From Candidatus Minimicrobia sp. QA0096 (GTDB taxonomy: Bacteria > Patescibacteriota > Saccharimonadia > Saccharimonadales > Saccharimonadaceae): a stretch of DNA of 32,000 nt. A model generated the notes under the pieces. That model had not been told where the DNA came from, did no database searches, and saw nothing but the letters and a program-made list of their open reading frames with translations. Position 1 is the first letter of the stretch, and each line of letters opens with the position of its first letter. Shown here one piece after another: positions 25,907-32,000 of this stretch. The stretch is taken from the NCBI RefSeq assembly GCF_963967315.1, contig NZ_OZ017288.1, positions 1 to 32,000 on the forward strand. Reading direction: 5' to 3'. Made by a program: the position numbers and the translations under genes.

Positions 25907-26575
25907 ATGCATATTATTCTTGGTGGGACGAGTGGGCTTGGATTAGAAATGGCGAAGCAACTGCGAGAACGTGGCGAGCGTGTGCTGGTTCTGGGCAAGA
26001 CTCATAATCCGCAGAAACACGGAGAAGGTTTTCCACTGGATGTGTATTATTCAGATCAAGTGGAGGCGGCGTCGGCGCGAATTGAGCAGATTTTAAACGG
26101 CGATGATATTGATCAATTTGTGTGGGCGGCTGGATATGGCTGGCGCGGCAATTTTGAAGATCAGCCGAGTGTTCGCAGTATGGCGGAAGTTAATTTTTCA
26201 GGCGCGTTGCCGCTGGTCCAATGGGCTTGGCGTAAGATGTCAACGCAGAATCGTAAGTCTGTACTGACGATTATTGGGTCGACAAGTAGCGTTAAAGCGC
26301 GCTCGGATGAAGCTGTGTACGTTGCCACGAAGCACGCTCAAGCGGGTTTGGCGCGAAGTTTGGGGATGCAGGCAGATGAGCAAAAACTTCCAGTTAGAGT
26401 TGCACTATTTCTGCCCGGCGCTATGAAAACTCCGTTTTGGAATGGGCGCGATCTTCCAGCTGACTATATGTTTTTTAATGATCCAGCAAAAATTGCTACT
26501 CATATTATCAATGCGATTGATTGTCAGCAGCAGCCCTTTTTGGAATGGGCGTTGCCAAAAGGTACGTTGGTTTAG
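25907..26575 (+). CDS. Short-chain dehydrogenase/reductase (SDR) family oxidoreductase
   Basis: Cofactor motif 'ILGGTSGLGLEMA', the catalytic 'S...YVATKHA' (YxxxK) and 'PGAMKTPF'. 222 aa. Confidence 0.8.
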   Translation: MHIILGGTSGLGLEMAKQLRERGERVLVLGKTHNPQKHGEGFPLDVYYSDQVEAASARIEQILNGDDIDQFVWAAGYGWRGNFEDQPSVRSMAEVNFSGALPLVQWAWRKMSTQNRKSVLTIIGSTSSVKARSDEAVYVATKHAQAGLARSLGMQADEQKLPVRVALFLPGAMKTPFWNGRDLPADYMFFNDPAKIATHIINAIDCQQQPFLEWALPKGTLV

Positions 26576-26586
26576 GCTTTCCAAGG

Positions 26587-26595
26587 TGCTATAAT
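26587..26595 (+). promoter_or_regulatory. Extended -10 TGcTATAAT, 6 nt upstream of ATG 26602
   Basis: TGcTATAAT at 26587-26595. It lies just downstream of the SDR stop codon (26573-26575). Confidence 0.55.
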
Positions 26596-26601
26596 TCAAG
26601 C

Positions 26602-27618
26602 ATGACAGATAGTTCGAATAATGATCATTTTGGGGTAAAAGTTGTAGTTATTGGTGGCGGAACGGGAAGTTTCACGCTGCTTTCTGGATTGAAAAAATAT
26701 ACACACAGCATTACAGCGTTGGTCAATATGGTCGACGATGGCGGCTCAACTGGCGTGTTGCGCGATGAATTGGGCGTGTTGCCGGCGGGCGACGTCAGGC
26801 AATGTCTGGTGGCGCTAAGTACTTCGCCGAAAGTTCGCGATTTGTTCAATTACCGGTTCGGCGAGGGCAGTATGAAAGGTCACGCGTTTGGCAATTTGTT
26901 TATGGCAGCACTGGAAAAGATGACAGGAAGTTTTGCTGATGCGGTGGAATTGGCTAGCGAAGTTTTGGGTGTCAATGGCCGAGTTTATCCGATTACTCTG
27001 GACGATACAACGATGTCGATTAAGCTGAAAGACGGCACGGTTGTTGATGGTCAACACGCGGCTGAGTCGCTAAAGATTCCGCGCGGCGAGCGTCCGTGGC
27101 TAGAGCTTAAACCGCCAGCTACGATTAACCCGCGAGCCCGTCAAGCGATTTTGGATGCCGATTTGGTGGTGATTGCGCCGGGGCTTTTATATGGTAGTTT
27201 GGCGCCAGCGTTGTTGGTTCGAGGCGTTACTCGGGCGCTTGCTGAAACGAAGGCGAAGAAAGTCTATGTTTGCAATTTGGTTACCAAGCCGACGCAGACT
27301 GATGGATTTACCGTGGCGGATTTTGCGGATGAAATTGAGCGATTTTCAGGGGTGAATATGGATTATGTGCTTTACAATAATCATCGCCCGCCAGAGGAAT
27401 TGATAAAGAAATATGCTCACGACGGCGAATATTTGGTCGAGTGGGATAAGGAATTGCTGAAGAAAAAGCATTATTATGCGTCGGGCAAGCGTTTGATTGC
27501 TGATGACGTGTGGGTCAATACGAACTCCAACAGCGATCCGTTAGCGGCTCAGCGCAGCTTGATTCGTCACGATGCCGACAGAGTAGCGCGCGAATTGATG
27601 CGGATTTATTTTGCGTAG
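26602..27618 (+). CDS. yvcK: YvcK/CofD-like protein (UPF0052, gluconeogenesis factor family)
   Basis: 'VVVIGGGTGSFTLLSGLKKY...ITALVNMVDDGGSTGVLRDELGVLPAGDVRQCLVAL' and 'GHAFGNLFMAAL' are family hallmarks. ATG 26602 replaces the track start 26521, which would overlap the SDR gene. Confidence 0.85.
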   Translation: MTDSSNNDHFGVKVVVIGGGTGSFTLLSGLKKYTHSITALVNMVDDGGSTGVLRDELGVLPAGDVRQCLVALSTSPKVRDLFNYRFGEGSMKGHAFGNLFMAALEKMTGSFADAVELASEVLGVNGRVYPITLDDTTMSIKLKDGTVVDGQHAAESLKIPRGERPWLELKPPATINPRARQAILDADLVVIAPGLLYGSLAPALLVRGVTRALAETKAKKVYVCNLVTKPTQTDGFTVADFADEIERFSGVNMDYVLYNNHRPPEELIKKYAHDGEYLVEWDKELLKKKHYYASGKRLIADDVWVNTNSNSDPLAAQRSLIRHDADRVARELMRIYFA

Positions 27619-27639
27619 ATAACCGCTATCGTCTAGCTA

Positions 27640-27668
27640 TTGCAAAAATTTATAGTTTGTGATATAAT
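27640..27668 (+). promoter_or_regulatory. Promoter: TTGCAA, 14 nt, TGaTATAAT (17 nt from -35 to the -10 hexamer)
   Basis: TTGCAA at 27640-27645 and TGaTATAAT at 27660-27668. ATG 27683 is 14 nt downstream, and the short leader has no SD. Confidence 0.55.
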
Positions 27669-27682
27669 TTACAAGCTATATT

Positions 27683-29356
27683 ATGGAAAGTAAAGAATTA
27701 TTAGACAATAACACCAATCTTCAAAATCAAGGCGAAGTTGATTTTTCTCTTGAAAGGAGAGAATTGGCCATGGGATTGGTGGAGACATTTAGCGGAGATC
27801 ACTTAACTCCGTCGCGTAAACTGGCTGCAGAGATTATTATCGGGATGCCGGAAGGTTTAAGTGATAGACGACGCATTGATTATATTACAAGGTCGCTAGA
27901 TGGCGTATCTGAAGAGATTAACAAGGATACTGTTATAGGTATAGTTGAGGACTATAAGGTCTTACAAGAGGCTTTTTCGTCGTACATGGAAGATATTGAT
28001 GAGGGCTCGCTAGCAGGAAAAGCGCTAAAGCTTAAGGACAATCAAACAATTCCTGACGATTTAGACATGGATGGTGATGATTATGGTAAGAGCCCGTGGG
28101 CTGAAAATCCGTCAATTCCAGCACCGCATCTTGATAACTTGATAAAGGTATTCTCAACAAAAGGCGAAGGAGCTGAAGGTGTAGGTCTAGAGACTGCGAT
28201 GATTGCTGGAGCTATAACCTTATCTAACTTAAAAATCGCCCCTTATCATAGCGCGTTCGCGTATAAATGTGCAGTGTTTGCTGAAAATTTCTTAATTCCA
28301 GTATGTAGTATTATTGGGCTAGACAACTTGGAATCTGAGCTAAAAGATGAAATTGGTGTTATGACGGGGCGTAATATTGGCGATGCTTTATATCGCAAAG
28401 ATGCCTTGAGCAGTGATATCGATTCGATCATGAATGAGGTGGACAGGGTTGTGTCGTTGCATTTTGGTAGCAGGTATTCGACTGATCCTACACGATTTGA
28501 TTTTGCTATGGGTAACTTTAATGGTGTGTTCTCTGAGCTGCTAGGGGAGTCAGATCTGAAACCTGCCGTAAATACCAATTCCTCGCATAGTACATTTTTT
28601 GGATCTGGTACTGTAAAAACCCCGAATGGGGCAGAATTGGAAGTAAGGGCTCGAGGTAAGGGCCGCGGCTCGTATTGTAAAAAATTACTACAGACTATAG
28701 GTTATTATGATAAACGTTCTCAGCCTCTGAAAGATTCGGGAGAATTCCATCCGATCGACTTATATGGTATGACGGTAATTTGTCAAGACAACGAGCAGCT
28801 AGCCGATGCCTATGCTGGTGCCGTGATTAAGGCTATTAACGGCGGTAAGATTACTCCATATCCAGCTCCAGGACGGAAAAGCGAATGTTTTGTTGTTAAG
28901 GGTTCTTCGGATTTTCAGGAGAAGATCCGCCAGAAAATTATCGATAAGATACCAGGCGTTGACATGAAAATGTTCAGTTTTAAGGATAGTAGTAGCGGAT
29001 TTACAGATGCGAAGATTACGGGATTCTATGCAACTGACGATGGAAGAATTCCGTATGCTCCGTTTGAGATGCAATTTTCTACGCCAGATGCTCGTCTGGT
29101 GGCTCGTACTGGTAAAAAGGCGGCACACTTTTTCTTTAAGCTGCAGAAAATTTACGGTGATTTGGTCAATATGAGTGATGAAACAGCAGAGAAGATAACT
29201 GATATTTGGCAGCGTAAGCAAGACTTCTTTACAAACTGTGCTGATGGAGAGAAGGAATCTCATTTAACAAAACAAAGTCGTGAGCGCGTTCGTAAATTTA
29301 AGAGAATGAACAGCACGTATCGCAAGATAGCCAGGCGAGCTATGATTAGTGTATAA
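27683..29356 (+). CDS. Divergent RelA/SpoT-homologue (RSH): degenerate HD-like region plus RelA_SpoT-type nucleotidyl/pyrophosphotransferase core, no TGS/ACT half
   Basis: By-eye alignment to the Rel N-terminal domain: 'VRARGKGRGSYCKKL' (RxKxxxSxxxK), 'IDLYGMTVIC' (DxxxxRxx), 'FKDSSSGFTDAKI' (FKDY..GYxSxH) and 'FEMQFSTPDARLVARTGKKAAHFFFK' (EIQIRT..MH..AE.G.AAHWxYK). Upstream, 'VFAENFLIPVCSIIGLDNLESELKDE' corresponds to 'ETxEIYAPLAHRLG..KWELEDL'. The HD dyad position reads 'VIGIVEDY'. Confidence 0.55.
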   Translation: MESKELLDNNTNLQNQGEVDFSLERRELAMGLVETFSGDHLTPSRKLAAEIIIGMPEGLSDRRRIDYITRSLDGVSEEINKDTVIGIVEDYKVLQEAFSSYMEDIDEGSLAGKALKLKDNQTIPDDLDMDGDDYGKSPWAENPSIPAPHLDNLIKVFSTKGEGAEGVGLETAMIAGAITLSNLKIAPYHSAFAYKCAVFAENFLIPVCSIIGLDNLESELKDEIGVMTGRNIGDALYRKDALSSDIDSIMNEVDRVVSLHFGSRYSTDPTRFDFAMGNFNGVFSELLGESDLKPAVNTNSSHSTFFGSGTVKTPNGAELEVRARGKGRGSYCKKLLQTIGYYDKRSQPLKDSGEFHPIDLYGMTVICQDNEQLADAYAGAVIKAINGGKITPYPAPGRKSECFVVKGSSDFQEKIRQKIIDKIPGVDMKMFSFKDSSSGFTDAKITGFYATDDGRIPYAPFEMQFSTPDARLVARTGKKAAHFFFKLQKIYGDLVNMSDETAEKITDIWQRKQDFFTNCADGEKESHLTKQSRERVRKFKRMNSTYRKIARRAMISV

Positions 29357-29357
29357 T
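29352..29357 (+). promoter_or_regulatory. -10 box TATAAT, 7 nt upstream of rnhA ATG, overlapping the upstream stop codon
   Basis: TATAAT at 29352-29357 contains the TAA stop (29354-29356) of the RSH-like gene. ATG at 29365. Confidence 0.5.
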
Positions 29358-29364
29358 CATATTA

Positions 29365-29790
29365 ATGACAACTTACTATACTGACGGCTCTGCTTCGCCG
29401 AATCCCGGTCCAGGTGGGTTTGCAGTTATTCGTGATCTTCAACCTTATATTTTGGGGTCGGAAGATGGCGATACTACTAATATTCGCATGGAGGGCAAAG
29501 CTCTAATTGCAGCATTGAAAGATGCTAATGGTGCGCCGTGCGTGATTTATTCTGATAGTGAATTTTGGATTAATGTGGTTACCAAGTGGGCGCCGGGCTG
29601 GGAAAAGCGCGGTTGGACGAAGAAGGGTGGCGAGATTAAAAATCTGGACATCGTGCGTGAACTGTACGAACTATATTCGAATTCTCAGGCGGATTTGCGT
29701 TGGGTGCGTGGTCATGAAGGCGATGAAGGGAATGAGCTGGCGGACGAATGGGCTAATCGAGCGCGTGAAGGTGAAAGATTGACAAAATAA
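29365..29790 (+). CDS. rnhA: Ribonuclease HI
   Basis: 'YTDGSASPNPGPGGFAVI', 'MEGKALIAALK', 'IYSDSEFWINVVTKWAPGWEKRGWTKKGGEIKNLDI' and 'WVRGHEGDEGNELADEWA' cover the DEDD catalytic positions. Confidence 0.88.
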   Translation: MTTYYTDGSASPNPGPGGFAVIRDLQPYILGSEDGDTTNIRMEGKALIAALKDANGAPCVIYSDSEFWINVVTKWAPGWEKRGWTKKGGEIKNLDIVRELYELYSNSQADLRWVRGHEGDEGNELADEWANRAREGERLTK

Positions 29791-29814
29791 CAGCTAGCGA
29801 CATCTGATAAAAAT

Positions 29815-29823
29815 TGCTATACT
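29815..29823 (+). promoter_or_regulatory. Extended -10 TGcTATACT, 6 nt upstream of ATG 29830
   Basis: TGcTATACT at 29815-29823. Confidence 0.5.
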
Positions 29824-29829
29824 AGAAAA

Positions 29830-30807
29830 ATGGAAGAAGTGAGGGAAACGACTGATATTTTTTTGTGGGCAAATCAAAACGACGCAAAGAAGAATGATTT
29901 ACAGATAGAGCTGTTCTTATTTAGCAAAAATTACACGCCGTATTTTATGCCGATAAAAGGAGATGTTGAGCAGCAACTCAGACCGCTGTTCTTGTTTGAT
30001 TATATCAATCAGGTCAATTTGGGTGCGGGTACTGGATTGAGCGTTCGCGATTATGAATTGAGCGAATCGGAAGATAATGTTCTGTTGCGGACTGACTTGG
30101 AAAAGGTTGGGCGAGCTGAAACGCTGATTCATTTGATTGAACATGAGCGTCATGACATCGTGGAGTTTTCGGAGACTGAGCACGAATTCAAGCGTATGAA
30201 GGGAATTGTGGCGCGATTTACCGATCCGAACAACCCTGACACGACATTCTACACGGTTAAGTTGATTCAGCAAGGTCAGACGCTAAAGAGTGCGTTGGCT
30301 TGGGAATTTTCTGATGGCAAATTTGGTTCATTTAATGCGGAAGTTGGTTTTAAGGTTCCAGATGATAATCAAGTTTTGATTGTTGGTAAAGATATTTTTG
30401 CGTTTAATCCTGGAAAATTTGAGCGAATGTTTGGCTATGAGTATAAAAAGCAGGTGATTGCTGATAAAAAAGTAGCGGAAATTGAGAAGGAATATAAGCT
30501 AAGTTTTCCGGAGGGAATGGATCTTAACGCGTTGGTGAAGGAGCGCAAAAAGACGATTAATAAATTGCAGAAATTGGAAATCGGCGCGGTTAAGCAGGAA
30601 GATGTTTTGGATTATGCTGATGAGATGCAATTGGAATTGATGAGCGATGATAATGGCGCGATTATTATCATGGACGGCAATGATTTGGATATGTTCGTAA
30701 ATCTCATTAACGAGGATTATATCGAGAGTAAAATCACGGGCAAGCGTTACGAAATTAAGTCGAAGAAGCTGCTCGGTGAGCCAGAGGGCGAACCGCCACG
30801 AGGCTAA
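29830..30807 (+). CDS. Hypothetical soluble protein, tentatively DUF4868 / KwaB-like
   Basis: 325 aa, acidic, no TM segment. 'IELFLFSKNYTPYFMPIKGDVEQQLRPLF', 'IFAFNPGKFERMFGYEYKK' and the C-terminal 'DLDMFVNLINEDYIESKITGKRYEIKSKK' resemble my recollection of DUF4868-family patterns. No search was run. The CDS itself is well supported; the family call is tentative. Confidence 0.4.
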   Translation: MEEVRETTDIFLWANQNDAKKNDLQIELFLFSKNYTPYFMPIKGDVEQQLRPLFLFDYINQVNLGAGTGLSVRDYELSESEDNVLLRTDLEKVGRAETLIHLIEHERHDIVEFSETEHEFKRMKGIVARFTDPNNPDTTFYTVKLIQQGQTLKSALAWEFSDGKFGSFNAEVGFKVPDDNQVLIVGKDIFAFNPGKFERMFGYEYKKQVIADKKVAEIEKEYKLSFPEGMDLNALVKERKKTINKLQKLEIGAVKQEDVLDYADEMQLELMSDDNGAIIIMDGNDLDMFVNLINEDYIESKITGKRYEIKSKKLLGEPEGEPPRG

Positions 30808-30808
30808 A

Positions 30809-32000
30809 ATGGATCAAGAATTAGCGTTGGCTATTCTGCTGAGCGGTCGGTCGGCGTTGCTGACTGGTGCGGCTGGAACGGGCAAAACTTACCTGTTGAA
30901 TACTTTTATTGCGCAGGCGCGAAAACGGGGTAAAAAGGTGTCGGTAACAGCGACAACTGGTCTGGCGGCGACACATCTTGGTGGCAATACGATTCACAGC
31001 TGGAGTGGCATTGGTGTGAATGATCGTTTGCCGAACAATTTTTTTGAACGATTGTCAAAAACGCGGCGTGATGTGATTTCTAAAACCGACGTGTTGATCA
31101 TTGACGAGATTTCAATGCTTCACGATTTTCGGCTGGATATGATTGATAAGGTTTTAAGAACCGTCAGGGAAAATGATCAGCCGTTTGGCGGTATTCAGTT
31201 GGTGATGAGTGGCGATTTTTTCCAATTGCCGCCAGTGAATCGTCCGAACGAGCAGGGCGGCGGATTTGTGGTTTATTCTGATGCTTGGCAAGAACTTCAG
31301 CCGGCGGTTTTATATTTGGAGCGACAATATCGTCAGAATGATGAACAGCTTTTGGAGATTTTAACAGCCTTAAGGACTGGCGATGTTAGGCGACGCCACG
31401 TCGAAGCGTTGCTAGCACGCACGGAAATTGAGCCGCCAGATGAAGATATTACGGAGTTGCATACCGTAAACGTCGACGTTGATGATATCAATATTCAAAA
31501 ATTGGCGGAATTGCCAGGAGAAGAGCGTTCGTATCAGCAGACGACGACAGGCTCGAAAATTTATGTAGAGAATCTGCAAAGGTCAGTTTTGGCTCCAGAA
31601 AATCTGGTAATTAAGCTGGGTGCGTTGGTGATGGCGGTTAAAAATTCGCCGCAAAAATTATATGCCAATGGTAGTATTGGAACGGTCGTGGATTTCGAGC
31701 CGTTGACGGAATATCCTGTTGTTGAGTTTCGAGATGGTCGTCGAGTGACGATGGTACCGGATGTTTGGGAATTGCGGGACGGAGAGCGTAAACGAGCGAG
31801 TATTTCTCAGGTTCCGCTGCGTTTGGCGTGGGCGATAACGGTTCACAAAAGTCAGGGAATGACGCTTGATGCGGCTAAGATTGACCTGAGAAAGGCGTTT
31901 GTTGAAGGTATGGGTTATGTAGCTTTGAGTCGCGTGCGAGATCTGGACAATTTATATCTATACGGAATTAACCGTAGGGCGCTGGAAGTTTCTCCTGACG
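30809..32000 (+). CDS. Pif1/RecD-like SF1 DNA helicase, 3' end beyond the window
   Basis: Absent from the ORF track because there is no stop codon within the window. My translation gives Walker A 'LLTGAAGTGKTYL', 'ATTGLAATHLGG.TIHS', Walker B 'VLIIDEISML', 'GIQLVMSGDFFQLPPV', 'LERQYRQ', 'AWAITVHKSQGMTLD' and 'GYVALSRV'. ATG 30809 is 1 nt after the upstream TAA, and a GAGG lies 5 nt before it. Confidence 0.85.
   Translation, partial: MDQELALAILLSGRSALLTGAAGTGKTYLLNTFIAQARKRGKKVSVTATTGLAATHLGGNTIHSWSGIGVNDRLPNNFFERLSKTRRDVISKTDVLIIDEISMLHDFRLDMIDKVLRTVRENDQPFGGIQLVMSGDFFQLPPVNRPNEQGGGFVVYSDAWQELQPAVLYLERQYRQNDEQLLEILTALRTGDVRRRHVEALLARTEIEPPDEDITELHTVNVDVDDINIQKLAELPGEERSYQQTTTGSKIYVENLQRSVLAPENLVIKLGALVMAVKNSPQKLYANGSIGTVVDFEPLTEYPVVEFRDGRRVTMVPDVWELRDGERKRASISQVPLRLAWAITVHKSQGMTLDAAKIDLRKAFVEGMGYVALSRVRDLDNLYLYGINRRALEVSPD

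Noticed and set aside
27683-29356. Classifying the RSH-like protein as a typical small toxSAS toxin with an adjacent antitoxin
   Set aside because: It is 557 aa with an N-terminal region resembling a degenerate long-RSH hydrolase domain. No small overlapping ORF flanks it; its neighbours are yvcK and rnhA. A toxSAS role remains possible but is not supported by the gene layout.
29830-30807. Alternative reading of the ORF plus helicase pair as a Hachiman-like (HamA/HamB) system
   Set aside because: The helicase has SF1 Pif1/RecD motifs (FQLPPV, VHKSQG), not SF2 DExH motifs. The upstream ORF shows no obvious PD-(D/E)xK nuclease motif.
31658-31846. 62-aa minus-strand ORF at the right end of the window
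   Set aside because: It lies antisense within the Pif1-like helicase coding region, which shows conserved helicase motifs across this stretch.
1-32000. Alternative genetic code with UGA recoded, as in some CPR lineages
   Set aside because: TGA ends several ORFs at family-typical lengths: the methyltransferase, xseA, the kinase, the response regulator at 21376 and ORF 24793. No conserved protein requires read-through, and an intact RF2 gene is present. The standard bacterial code fits.

Overview
Gene-dense 32-kb bacterial window with about 35 CDS, 32 of them on the + strand. I found no rRNA, tRNA, CRISPR array, transposase or integrase. Standard genetic code: TGA ends several full-length ORFs and RF2 is present. 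The left two thirds is housekeeping: uppP, serS, hpf, secA, M16 peptidase, murD, hpt, prfB, ftsEX with a PcsB-like CHAP hydrolase and an S41 protease, rpmA, xseAB, recO, glyQS. Compact and overlapping genes, receiver-only response regulators and many lineage-specific ORFs suggest a small-genome Patescibacteria/CPR organism, possibly Saccharibacteria-like; this is inference only. The right third (about 23.5-32 kb) looks accessory. It holds an AT-rich SAP-like gene bracketed by a repeated 9-mer, a Nudix hydrolase, an uncharacterised two-gene operon, an SDR and yvcK. It also holds the three most interesting genes. One is a very divergent RelA/SpoT homologue reduced to a pseudo-hydrolase plus synthetase core (27683-29356). 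It is followed by RNase HI, then a KwaB-like (DUF4868-type) ORF translationally coupled to a Pif1-family helicase (29830 to the window end). Window-wide, about 17 genes have a TATAAT-like -10 box, often TGn-extended, only 6-8 nt upstream of the ATG. This implies widespread leaderless mRNAs and corrects several ORF-track start codons. All family assignments come from motif recognition by eye, not from searches.
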